DNA from: Trichosphaerium sp. ATCC 40318
Taxonomy: Eukaryota; Protista; Tubulinea
Direction: 5' to 3'
Assembly: GCA_038496445.1 (NCBI GenBank)
Contig: JALMLS010000138.1
Location: 186,001-250,000, forward strand
DNA length: 64,000 bases
A program made the translations under genes and the position numbers. The notes under the pieces were generated by a model. That model did not search any database. It had not been told where the DNA came from and was given only the letters and a program-made list of their open reading frames with translations. Of this stretch, positions 1-12,525 are shown one piece after another (the stretch's first letter is position 1; each line of letters begins with the position of its first letter).

Positions 1-1806
1 AATTTAATAGTTGGAGTTGTAGTTGTAGTTTGTTTGTTTGCTGGAACGAACGCACAACTGCCTTGCAACCAATTCAACGATGGTAGATGTACCAATAACA
101 CTTGTCTTGCAGATTCCTCAACTTGCCAAACGTGTTGCAGTTAGTAGCTTAGTTTGTAGCCTTATTCTTAGCATATTTAGTTCGTCCAGAAGACATTGGC
201 TCCTCAACACTGGGTGTTTGTTACCAATACCTCAATCCAACAGCCCAAATATGCGACGAGAACTTTCAAGTGTGCGAATCTATACCCACGGACCCCAATG
301 ATCCTACCATATGCTTTGCTGGTATCCATAGGAACGTTTCTCAATGTTACGATCCTACGTCGCAACAATGCTTTGAGGGGGAAATTTGTGATGGCTTAAA
401 CAGTGATTATTGCCCTCCAGGTTAGCTTTTTTGTTACCGTTTTCAGTTTTTCAGTATAATCAGTGTAACAATATTAGCTTTAAGTGGAGGCCCTGGTGGT
501 TGTTTTATCCCTTCATCACAATCTTGTCTTTCTGGTAGAATATGTGACGGAACAGACGCCGCTTTCTGTCAATCCGGAGATACTTTCGCAGACGAAATCT
601 GTTTCAGACAAAACTCACAAACTTGCACCAACTTAGGAAATGGTATCAAGCCGCAAGTTTGCGATGGATTAAGCTCCCAATACTGCCCTGGTAAGTATTT
701 TGTATAAAATGAAAAAAAACCGCTAACGATGTAAAGCTGATAATGGAGATCCTGTCACATATCCTGGAGGTTGTTATGACCGAAGCAACCAGTCCTGTAC
801 AAACGGATTTATATGTCCTGGTGTGAACCAAGGTCATTGCAGGACAGCCAACGCAACTGTAGGAGGTTGTTATGATCTTGCAAGCGAACTGTGTCTTTCC
901 CAGTTTATTTGTCCTTTTGGCGAAACTTTGTGTCCAGGTACGCACTTCATGCCAAGCCAACACATACTTACTCGTTATAGTCGGTCGTTTCCCAGGAGGT
1001 TGTTATGACCCTGACGTAAACAGTTGTCTTGATGGTTTAACGGAATGTCTTAAAGAAGAGTTTATTTGTGAAGGTATAAAAGTAAAACTACAACAGTTAC
1101 TTAACGGATTATGAAGCGGGTTCTTTTGGTACCAATTATACTTGCTTCAACCTTCAGAATGAGAGCTGTATCAGTGGAGCAATATGTAATAGATCATCAA
1201 ATTATTGCCCAGGTAGCGTAGACGATAAAACAGAACTGCAAACTAATATACGGTTACTAGGTGCTGATGTTTGTTTTGATCCTAGCATTTATAGTTGCTT
1301 TAATGGAGAGCTTTGCATTGCCGGTGTAAATTGTTTCGTTGGTATGTCTTTTTTTGATGGATATGATGTTATTTACCGAAATATGTAGATGAGTTTCCAA
1401 CACTTTCGCCAACAGAGAAACCTACACCACCTCCTACAATAGCTCCTACAACACTACCTCCTACGACCGAGGCACCATCTACAGAAGCGCCTACAACTGT
1501 AGCGCCCACCGCAGCTGCAGATGAGACCTTAGGGAACCAAATTAATGCGATGTGGCTGATTCTTTTGGTTGCAACTATTTGTGCGTAATTTTTATTTTTT
1601 GCTGAGCTAACTGCTGCAGTGTTTTGTGTGTTTATTGTAGGCATGGGTTATTGCTTGAAAAGATTAAGATCCGGAGAGAGTCAAAAGAGTAACCCAGATA
1701 TTTATGTTGCCTTAGATAACATCAACTAGGCTACGAGCAACAAGACATTGAACTGGATAATGAAGGTGCACTATACGAGCCTGATGGAGGATACGATAGG
1801 GAGTGA
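1..1806 (+). CDS. Cys-rich repeat type I membrane protein (GGCYDP-type repeats, Pro/Thr stalk, TM, short tail); start codon just upstream of window
   Basis: Spliced translation: NLIVGVVVVVCLFAGTNAQ (signal peptide), repeats such as QCYDPTSQQCFEGEIC and GGCYDPDVNSCLDG, stalk PTLSPTEKPTPPPT, TM MWLILLVATILFCVFIVG, tail ending YEPDGGYDRE*. Many short GT-AG introns. Confidence 0.8.
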
Positions 1807-2388
1807 ATGTACCTTATTAATTTAAAAAGAATAAAAAGTTAGAATTGTTATGTTGAAAGCCGTTTTGTGTTAGAAGCACCTCTCTTGCAGAGACGAATTT
1901 GATTCAATATAGAGTAGTATAGTCCTCTAGCATCGAGAACTACGTCTTAAACAGAAGCAGATGACTCATTGTGTGAGCAAGGTTGAATTTTAAGAGGTTC
2001 CTAAATTTTACGACTGAAGTACCAAATTCTTTGGTTACGAAATTTTTTCTACTCTTGCGTGTAGGTTTAAAACAGTATTGCTGTTCGCTCACATTTCGAT
2101 CATACTTTCTCAACCATAGCACCGTTGCGTTATTCGGGAATTTAGTAAAATTCGTTAGAATTTGTCAAAAAAAAAAAAACCTTTGAATACAAAGTATGCT
2201 TGTTTCTGAAGTCGCTTTTTAAAGAAAATACAATTCCCAAAGGAGCATTAAGTTAATCAGAGTATATTCACAACACTGTAAGCAACTGGTCAGTTTTCAT
2301 GGATGTAGCTAGACAACATCTCAAGATACTTTTGTTCATTTTTGTTTTTTACAGGTTTATTATTAGTTCAACAAGTGTATTGAAAAGT

Positions 2389-3605
2389 TCATGCTGTATT
2401 TTCGACATCACCGATATGAGTGTCATCTCTCTCGCAATTATTTGAACCAAAGAGACACTTCTTGATTGCCTTAAAGCTTAGCACTCTAATATAAAATAGA
2501 AATCCAAGTAGCCTATCCAAATAGTCAGAAAACGGGTGGCTACAAAAAGAATACAACGTACCAAAAACCCAACAAAACTACAACAACTCCCACAATTGTT
2601 AGCAGTATAAATCCACCAGTAAATTGTTTTTCCAGGCTGTCGGCCTTTGGTGTCACTGTAGGTAGAATTGTCCTTGTTGGTGCCTGTGTTGGTTCTTGTG
2701 TTGGTGATGCAGTTGGAGCAGGAGTTGGCGTCATCGTTGGCATTGATGGAGCAGCTGTTGGTGATTAGTGCTGTACACAAGTTTGAACCAAAAAAAAAGA
2801 ACGAAAAGACGATGTATTGATTGAAATATTGTGGCTACCTTGTTTACAATCAACTCCTTTAGTGCATACACTACCTGTAGGACATTCATGTGTTGTGTGG
2901 TTAAAGCACTGGCTATCTACACCTTCAGTTGTTGCTAAAAGAAGAGTTATTTATTGAACGAAATATCAATTTCAAAAAGAACGTACATTCACAATAACCA
3001 AGTCCATGATCGCATACAATATCCTTGAAACAGTCTTGTGTACTTTCATCATAACAGGATAGCTTTCCACTCCTCACTTTGCAGAACGTGAGAAAACAAC
3101 TTTCTGATGTTAATCGGTCGTACGTGAACATAACTTCATTCCCACAGAACAATTGGTGTAACCATCTGCGCAACTGTGTACTTCTGGATCGTAACATCCA
3201 CCAGGATAAATTCCAGCTAGAAAACACATTAATTTCAATTTCAAATCAATGATTGATGTGGTACCTTGGCAATATTCCTCTCCGATATTACAAACGTTAC
3301 CACCCGCTACACAATGCTGTGTATCTAAATGGTAACATTCGCTCTCCATTAGTTCCTGGGTATTTGCACATACGCCCATGTTTGTCTCAGAACATATTTT
3401 ACCCCCCGCACACGATTGTTGAGAGCTATCAAAGCAACCACCAACACCAAAAGGACCTATTATTTGAGTGAGTGATTTTCATCATTGTAAAAAAAAACAT
3501 AGTTTTAGATTTGACGTACCTGGGTCGCAAATCGAGTACGTGCAATTCTTACAACATGCAAGAGAAGCAATAGATAAAATAAGAAGAGTGAGTAGAGTAT
3601 TCATG
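2389..3605 (-). CDS. Cys-rich repeat surface protein, transmembrane paralog
   Basis: MNTLLTLLILSIASLACC signal, GGCFDSSQQSC and GGCYDPEVHSC repeats, P/T stalk, TM FILLTIVGVVVVLLGFWLLGFLFYI, tail ending DVENTA*. Confidence 0.8.
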
Positions 3606-6150
3606 ATGAGGCTGTTGTTGTTGCGGTTGTAGTTGTTTGATATTATGATTTTTTAAGTGCCGTTTTAAGCAATATTTTATCAATCACTTCTTTGATTATT
3701 GGTTCATCAGTTTTCGATCTTATTGTGCTGTCCTGGTTCTCAATCTCAAGCTTCAAACTAATCACATATTGTTATAATGTGTTGGGTAGTGTGTACGTTT
3801 AATCGTTTTCGGCATAGCTGAAATGTATTTTCACTCAAGTTTTCAATCTCGTCACAATTTCGCTAGTGCGATTCTTGTATCCTATTGGACACAAAATAAG
3901 GGACAGCTCGAAGGCCGTCTACTCAATGTTGTTGGAGTTGATATTGTTAGCTAAACTGTTTTAAATTGAATCCGAAAGTTTTTTTTCTAGATAGAAAATC
4001 AGTCTCTTTTTTAAATCCAGAAAAGACAACGCAATCGCTATTTCTACGCGCAAAAAAGTGATTCAGACTGGTTTTACACATTTTTGAGAACAACATGTCA
4101 GAAAGTTGCTGTGCAACGAAAAAAGTTGCTGTGTACCTATTACAAGGCGTAAAAGACTGGCGGCTTATGTTTCACATTGGTTCTTTTCAATCTTGGTGTT
4201 TTAGTTTCAATACGGCCTGTGGCGCTCTTTCATTTTTCAATGCGTATGTAGTGACACAAGAGCAATCCCGTTAAACTGTTTGTAAAATAAAACCTCCGAT
4301 AGCATACTATTCCATGCGTGAGAGGCTTGATAGCTTTGTTCGACAAAGTACTACGCAAGGTTGTAAAAGTGAGGCCTTTTAATGGTGGAGCAAACTTTCA
4401 TATTGTATGAGTGTCAGTTATGCAAGATACCGAATTGTTTAAAATACTTAAGCATAGCTGCATTTTCTAGCCACAATTGTTCTACGATACAACTTGGTAT
4501 TGAAGCATTGTGCTGCCGTTTAGCGAGAACAACATATAGTTCCTTCAGCATGTATGCAAACGAGCAGCATACGTTGGCGCAGCGGTTGGTATTCATGAGG
4601 GAGTTGAGTTTTAGAAAACTACTGCGGACACTCTTTTCAATCACGTAGAGACAAACGTTGAGTTGTTAATTGATGTTGTTAATTAATATTACTTTTTTGC
4701 TACATTTGAGACGCAAGCTGATCGACAATCTCAAGTTCTCACCTGCACAATCTAGTTTTGTTTCAACAACTACAGTAAATATGCGTGCATAACTGTTCAA
4801 AGACTTTAGAACATTCGTACTGCAATGTTTCAAATTTGTCAAAAATTGTTTAAACCTTTGAAAAAGCTAAAAACTCAAGAACTATCATTAATAATACGCG
4901 CAATACATTGATCTAGACAAGTAATTTTAATGACCTCAACACTTAAATACAATGAACTTGTTTGGCTTTATTGCGATCGCTACAGGCTATCGTTTACTCT
5001 ACCAATACTGCCGAACAAGAATGAAAACTTCAACACAAAGATTGAAAGCAACCAATGTGAAACATAAGCCGTCAGTCTTTTACGCCTTGTAATAGGTACA
5101 CAGCAACTACAGCAACTTTCTGACATGTAAAAATGTGTAAAACCAGTCTGAATCACTTTTTTGCGCGTAGAAATAGCGATTATTTAAAAAAGAGACTCAT
5201 AATCCTATGCAACAACTAATTCGACCAACAAGATTACAACAATAATTTAACGCCTCACACATTCGAACTGATGAACCAATAATCAAAGAAGTGATTGATA
5301 AAATATTGCTTAAAACGACAACTCATAATACATACAACCGCAACAACAACAGCCTATCATGAATACTCTACTCACTCTTCTTATTTTATCTATTGCTTCT
5401 CTTGCATGTTGTAAGAATTGCACGTACTCGATTTGCGACCCAGGTACGTCAAATCTAAAACTATGTTTTTTTTACAATGATGAAAATCACTCACTCAAAT
5501 AATAGGTCCTTTTGGTGTTGGTGGTTGCTTTGATACCTCACAGAAATCATGTCTGGGGGGTAAAATATGTTCAGGATTGCTTATCGGTGTATGCACGAAT
5601 ATCGAGGCGCTTATGGAGAGCGAATGTTACCATTTAGATACACAGCATTGTGTAGCGGGTGGTAACGTTTGTAATATCGGAGAGGAATATTGCCAAGGTA
5701 CCACATCAATCATTGATTTGAAATTGAAATTAATGTGTTTTCTAGCTGGAATTTATCCTGGTGGATGTTACGATCCAGAAGTACACAGTTGCGCAGATGG
5801 TTACACCAATTGTTCTGTGGGAACGAAAATATGTAAAGAGGGAAGAGAGGCAATCTGTTACGATGAAAGTACTCAGGACTGTTTCAAGGATATTGTATGC
5901 GATCATGGACTTGGTTATTGTGAATGTACGTTCTTTTTGAAATTGATATTTCGTTCAATAAATAACTCTTCTTTTAGCAACAACTGAAGGTGTAGATAGC
6001 CAATGCTTTAACCACACAACACAAAATTGTTTTACAGGTAGTATATGTACCCAAGGAGTCGATTGTAGAGAAGGTACTTATTTCAATCAATACATCGTCT
6101 TTTCGTTCTTTTTTTATTCTCCTATCATTCAATCTTTTAACTTTTGTACA
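2780..6150. repeat. Inverted duplication: left arm about 2780-4200, right arm about 5030-6150, unique spacer about 4200-5030
   Basis: Reverse-complement identity of gene bodies (about 2800-3630 vs 5335-6115) and of upstream blocks (about 3660-3712 vs 5266-5316, and about 4000-4200 vs 5030-5196). Confidence 0.9.
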
Positions 6151-6354
6151 GCTCTAGTCCCAATAGATACCCCAACACGAATGCCAACTATGACACCTAC
6201 TCCTGCACCAACCGTATCACCAACTGTAGCACCAACATACACACCAACAAAGGCGCGAACACAAACTAAACAACACTCGGGATCTGCTTCAAACAGTATG
6301 ACGACCACAGTGATTATAGTAGTGTGTCTTATGTTTGCTATGGTTCACATTTAA
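5359..6354 (+). CDS. Cys-rich repeat surface protein, probable GPI-anchored paralog
   Basis: Same signal peptide and repeats as 2389-3605. Ends SGSASNSMTTTVIIVVCLMFAMVHI*, i.e. small residues followed by a terminal hydrophobic stretch and no tail. Confidence 0.8.
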
Positions 6355-6655
6355 ACCACCGAGAAATATATAAGCTACTGATGTCTCACAAGGACAATTG
6401 GAATTCATTTCGTTTCACTCAAAACCTCAAAAACAACTTCTCATTTTCAAACTCATGTTGCACTTAAAACCTTGTTTTGACATCCTTGTACCTAATTCAA
6501 ATAAATCACTTGTACATAAAACCAAACAATACTGATCATGGTCTCGTTCTCACAGGAATCGGAAACTTAAATTCATTATCAACATTTTGTGTAGCCATTT
6601 AGAAAACACATGCACGTGATCCTTTGCCCTGACGCTGTAGGAATAAAAAGCTCAA

Positions 6656-8886
6656 TGTGCATTAGCTGCCAACATCGGCCCATTCTGCGCTACATTACCT
6701 CCAGGACTAAATTTAGGCTGGACTTTTTGTGGACTGTATTAAGTGACATTTTAGTAATTTCACCAAAACCAAGAAGTTTACGCCTTGTCTATACTCTACA
6801 AAGTGGACAAGGTGGCTTAAAATATTTTGACGAACCGGCAAACTAACAAAGCTAATACCAGCTTGATGGCTTTTTATCTCGTTCTAATTCAGCGCGGGCA
6901 AGAGCGCAAAACAACTGAGTATGATTTAAAAACATCCAATTTATATATTGGTTCAGAGTGCGTGTTCAAGCCGCTAGTACAGAATTTCAGCTTATTGCGC
7001 ATTTAGCCTATCAACGGTCTCAGGCTTCAAAATACAATTACAATCGCGGTCAATCGCTCGCATCCACGCTGAAATCAGTCGCAGTAGCGAAGGCAAGGTA
7101 ATTCCAAAGTTAGATCGTGTCTTCATTAAATCGTCTACAACACTCCGAAAACATATAAAAGTGCCCTGACCTGCGTGGAGAGGCATTATCGCTCAATAAT
7201 GTCAGTTTTTAGCTGACTCAGCTTGTAGGTGCTCATAAATAATATTACAGGCGACTCTACGCGTCTCAATATCAATGGCATTGGATTGGGTACATAAACC
7301 ATCAATTGAATCATTTTCGCTCTTCAGAAAAAAGAAAATCAAAACAAACAGAATTCTGTTAGCTTTACGCCTTATTATCACTTAGGTACGCGTATGCGCC
7401 CACTAGAAAATGGAGATATGCTTGCAATTGGTGATAAATTTAAAGCACGTTATCAGGTTGTAAAGCATAAATCTATACGCATACGCAATCATCGTACGCA
7501 AACGCTGAAGCAAAATCAATGGTAGTTACATTTTTGTAGACACCATCAAAGAATCAACCAAATCTGAGATAGATAGTAAGAGTAAAAGTAAGCGCTTTTT
7601 TTCGGGCTTCTGTTTAATAGATTATAGCCAAACCAGAAGAACTACAAGCAATAGATTTGAGCGCGCTCGAGGACCGCTTTAGTAGTCCAATGACGCGGAG
7701 TGTGACATTTAAGGTAAAGAAAAGGTAAAAATAAAATAGAACGGTTTCAATCAGTCCTGTCTAACTCTGTTGTAGTGCAAGAGGTGTCAAGATACCAGAG
7801 GAGGTATAGTCTATTATTTCTAGTGGTTTCTTTAGTGTTAGAATGATACTAAACGAGTCTATAGATGAGTGTTGACACGGGAGAAAAGACTCTTCTTGAT
7901 TATTTTAATGCAAGTCAAGATCCAGAAAAAACTACTTCTGGCACATCAGACAAGGTTGTTGAGAGACCTAGAAGCTTATCTGATAAATCAGATAGAGCAA
8001 CTATATCAGTTTTTTCAAAAATCCAAAACGAGGCTAAGAGTACGTCAGAGATGAAGTGACGCCGTTTTGTTCATTGATTTTTTTTGATTTTTTTTTTAGA
8101 GTCACTTCGCCTCAAAAAAAAGAAAGGCAGACGGTCAGCAACGCCTATAGTTGTTCCAAAGAAGAAGAAAAATAAGAGCCTAAGAAGGCGTAGTACAACA
8201 TTAAGCATTGCAAATGATACACCATCACCTAGTACGCCACTAGTTTTCAGTTTTTTTTGAATTTGTCTGAATACACTTTTTTTGATTGATTTTTTCATAT
8301 TACTAATATCTCTAGAATCTAGTGATACGTTCCTCGCTAGGCGTAATTCAATAGTGTACGTCATTGACAAATGTGTGGAGTTACTTATAGTTTACTTGTA
8401 GTGTTAACAAGCGACGTTCAAGTAGCTTTAATAGAGTGAGGGAACCACCTGCTAGGACTATACAAATTACACAAAAAATGACAAAAGAAAGAAGAAGAAG
8501 TGCCAATATGGCAGACGAGAAGAAAAAAAATGCGACCTTAGCAGAATTGCTCAAGTACAAAGAAAAACGCCAAAAAAAAACTTGTTTTTTGTCTTTCGGT
8601 TCGACTTGTGTCTGTTTGCTTATTACTTTCTGTTAGAGCGAATGAGACTATTACAGAAATGTTGCAGAAGAATGTTAGGCTGCAACAACAATTACTTATG
8701 TTTCAAGGGAAGCATTTACATAAACATTCAGATGATGTTTTAGAACAATTAGAAGATGATTTGCGGGCAACTTTAGTTGCTGTGCAACGTGAGAAAGTAC
8801 GTGGAGTATAATTATATATTTTCGCTAATAACGCTTGTTAACAGAACGAGCGACAGCAAGAAAACGACTTTGTCGTTGTACCATAA
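6656..8886 (+). CDS. FHA-like domain protein with basic Ser-rich linker and C-terminal K-box-like coiled coil (start uncertain)
   Basis: Spliced: LRLVYTLQSG..LYIGSD..IQLQSRSIARIHAEI..NING..RPLENGDMLAIGDKFKARY (FHA pattern). Frame continues through RSVTF and RRxS motifs to LQQQLLMFQGKHLHKHSDDVLEQLEDDLRATLVAVQREK. Confidence 0.65.
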
Positions 8887-9372
8887 AATAAAAGAAAGAA
8901 ATGAACAAAAACGAAGATAACATTAATTTATTTATCATTGTTCTTCTGTTATTTTGTTCTCTTTTGTATCTGCTGTCACGTGATCGATTGGTTTTTCTGA
9001 AATTATAATTTTAGTGGAATGTGCGTACATCAAAAACAGTACTTGAGGTTGGTATGTTGTACATATTTTCGTGCTACTTTTGTACAAGCGTTTTTTTATT
9101 GTGTATCCTTACGGTATCACATAATTTTATATTGGAAGGACTGATGGTGTAGTAAGCTAATGAATACTTCCGAACGTCCTACATGCTATTCAAACAAGTC
9201 TTATTCCTCCATGACTCCTTCTCGCCCTCACTTTTCAACGAAATAGAAGTCACAAAGTGTGATTAAAACGAGCGAATATCAACCCTTATTAAGGTGAAAT
9301 AGTCCGAAAAACTAGAAATTTCGACAATTTTAGTTTTAATCTATTTTATAAAGTTATAACACAGCACACAAC

Positions 9373-9882
9373 ATGTCAACAGATAAACAAAAAACAACCG
9401 TGGAATACGTTCAAGAAAACTTGGCTGCGGCAGCTACATACGTTCAGGAGACCGTCGCTGGTGTTACACAACCAAGAGAACCTGCAGACAAACTAGCAGC
9501 TGCAGCTTCAACAGCTACAGATGCTGTAACCGAGGCAGGAAGCAAGGCTGTGGAAGCCGTCAGTTCAGCAGGAGAGTCTGTTAAAGATACCACCGTAAAA
9601 GCTACTTCAGACGCTATAGAAGCTGTTAATGAAGCCAGTAGCAATGCTGCAAAAGCTACAACTGAGCTTGCTGGAAATGCCAAAGAAGCAACCAATGAAA
9701 ACGCTCAAACAACACTCGAGTACATTCAACAGTCTGTAACGGACACTGCCACCTATGTCAAAGAAGCTGTCATTGGCACTCAACCTGAAAAAAAGGTTGA
9801 AGATGCAACAAAAGAAGTTGTAGATGCTGTAAAAGACGTAGGCGAGAACGCCAAAAAAGCTGTAAACGCGAGCACGGAGTAA
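9373..9882 (+). CDS. LEA-like Ala/Thr/Glu/Lys-rich helical protein, intronless
   Basis: 169-aa ORF with no Cys, Trp or Phe. Internal repeat TTVEYVQENLAAAATYVQETVAG / TTLEYIQQSVTDTATYVKEAVIG. Confidence 0.7.
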   Translation: MSTDKQKTTVEYVQENLAAAATYVQETVAGVTQPREPADKLAAAASTATDAVTEAGSKAVEAVSSAGESVKDTTVKATSDAIEAVNEASSNAAKATTELAGNAKEATNENAQTTLEYIQQSVTDTATYVKEAVIGTQPEKKVEDATKEVVDAVKDVGENAKKAVNASTE

Positions 9883-10086
9883 TCTAGAATAAACTTTCAT
9901 CCACATTTAGTTAGATTTTCCCAACTTAGTAGTCTAATGTAGCCAGATTTTCTCATAGTTTTTGACGTTTGCGGACCGGCACAACTTACAATATTTAATA
10001 CACCATACGTGTTTGTTAGAGATACTTTTAACTATTTTTAAACGATTCTGGAATTGACCATCAAGAACCAAAATTATCGATGATCC

Positions 10087-10974
10087 ATTTTCAGAAGTTA
10101 AATGTAATGAATGGCTTGCAAGATGACAACATTATTGAAAAGGAAATTTCTCATTATAAAGATCTAATCAATGGTGTATTATTTGGACGTCGTGTGTCCA
10201 CATGTCGACTTCACAGTATTTACTTTATGTCTTGATTTCGAAACTACAGTCTGTGTGGAAGCCCTTTTGGTTCAAATACATTAACTGAGATTCTTGTTGG
10301 CGTCTGTGGCAAAATGTAAGGAAAGTCAATTGCATAAACTTTCAGGAATACATTGGTTAAAAAGCGTAGGAAAATGTAAACAAGTAATATCCAGAGTAAC
10401 ATAATTACTTTCGAAAACCTTCTTGTACTTTTTTAACAATGAGAAAACATAGTCAAGTCTTTCTTGGTTGGTCAATATTTGCAACATGTTCAGTTATTAT
10501 TGAAACATCCACAAATTGCCGTTCTTTATTAGTAATGCTCTGCAGCGCCTTACGTAATGTAACGTTGTTTTTACTATTTTCGTATGCACTAGGAGGTCCA
10601 CAAGCTATTGTGGAGTTAGATAATGGTAGAATAAGCTTATATACGCATAAACGTACGATGTCAACTTGTTAAATAGTGATACTAACGTAGTTACGTCGAA
10701 GACAACATTACTGGGCCACCAACTCGCGGAAGATATGTAACACTACTCACATGGTTCTTTACAATGACTTCTCGACATTATGAGGGTCTAATATTCATGA
10801 TAGCAGTTGCTGCAATTCGTACGTTTTCTCCTTTTTTGGCAAGTTTCAACTTCACGTTGATTTGTACTTAACAGTATTCATTCATTCTTTGTTAGTATGG
10901 TTTGAACATAACTTTGGTATATGCTTCGACAGGCCTAGATATTTGGAAATCGCAGGCCATAGTGTGGAGGTGTG
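10087..10974 (+). CDS. Hypothetical membrane protein (5' exons unresolved)
   Basis: 3' exons splice in frame: YVEDNITGPPTRGRYVTLLTWFFTMTSRHYEGLIFMIAVAAILFIHSLLVWFEHNFG...VEV*. Confidence 0.4.
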
Positions 10975-11560
10975 AAACCTTTATCAAGCAAGCTTTTGCA
11001 GGTGTTACAATTTTTCTAATGTACAAAAAGAGAGAGCAGAGAACGATCAGAAAGACACATGTTGATATAAAACAATAATGAAACGTTATGGGTTTTGTAA
11101 AGAGTATATTAGTGCTATGTTTAGTAAACAAGCCTTTTCAAACGCCATTCTTGCGTCGTAAACTCTTTTTATTGTTCACGTGATAACGTGGCGCTGCTAG
11201 TGCAGTTTTACTCTTTTAGGTGCTGAATTAAAGCTATACGCGTTGTCCCTGACGCTATTTGGTAGCCACAGTTGCGTGGTTGTGTAGAAATTACAATGTG
11301 CGAATATAATAACCAGATGGCGCGATGAGATTTTAACAATTGTTCACCAAACATTTCTGATCAAGACCAAATACTCTCAAAAACCTACCTATACTATACC
11401 TAACATACAATTCTAGTTTGGAACGCAGTTTTTGTTGTAATACATGTTCTGGTAACAGCATGCGAACAGTATTTCTAACTTTTCTTCAAATTTTTTTCAG
11501 TGAAAAAAAGAGCCTATCACAACATCTGCAAAACCAAACATATTCAAACCTCACACCAGC

Positions 11561-12525
11561 ATGACAACACATAAACAATCAACCGAAATATGGCTCGTAA
11601 GACATGGATGTACAGATTACAACCTTGAAGGACGTGTACAAGGTACCTGCAAAACAATCAAAAGTGTGCTTGTAACAGTAGCTTACGGCTCTTTGTACTA
11701 GGTCATATTGATACCCACTTGAACGAAGCAGGCAGACAGCAAGCACATAAACTTATGCACTATCTCAGAGGACTAGATAAGCCATTCCACGCGATATATT
11801 CATCGGATTTGAGTAGAACTGTATGTCTTCTTCTCAATTACTAAACTCTTACACTTCAGATCTGAGATCGATCTTCGCTCCTTTACCTTACTGATGTTTC
11901 ACATAGAAAGAAACAGCGGAACCACTAAAGCGCGCATTCAATCTAGAAGTACAATGCGATAAACGACTACGTCTAATCAATAAGGGGACATGGCAAGGCA
12001 TCCCTCGTAATCAAGTACATCTTCGCGATGACTACAAACACTATAAAACAACAGATGCCATACCTGGTGGTGAGTCAAGAGCACGTACGTCTACTACCAG
12101 TCTAATTGTTTTAACATATTCTAACTTCTATTTCTAGAACTTAGAGCGCGGGCAACAGATGTATTTAAAGAGATAGTAGCTAAGCACAAAGGACAGCGTG
12201 TACTTATTGTAAGTTGAGAAAGCAACCATGGTTTTTTTTTCCAATATCAACTTTTTCGATCCAATTATCTCCTAATTTCTTTGTTTACTTTCAATCTGTT
12301 GTGTGATTGAGACGCTAATAATATCTCTAGATATCTCATGGAGGCACTATAAAAGCGATAATCACACACGTGCTCAGAGCACCAATTCATTCGTATTTTC
12401 CATTAAATATTACAAATACAAGTATTACGAAGATTCTACCTGAAGAAGAACATACTTTTGCTCGAGACGTTAAAGGAAAGATAGTAGCTATAGGTGCTGT
12501 ACCTCATCTGAATCAACAATTGTAA
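11561..12525 (+). CDS. Histidine phosphatase (phosphoglycerate mutase-like) family protein
   Basis: IWLVRHGCTDYN, IYSSDLSRT, IPGGES and VLIISHGGTI motifs across 4 introns. Confidence 0.9.

Noticed and set aside
1680-1730. NPDIY as an integrin-like talin-binding tail motif
   Set aside because: It is not NPxY, and it lies inside a probable intron (about 1689-1729).
2780-6150. Inverted repeat as transposon terminal repeats
   Set aside because: The arms are host gene copies. The spacer ORFs (4382-4648) show no transposase motif and I saw no target-site duplication.
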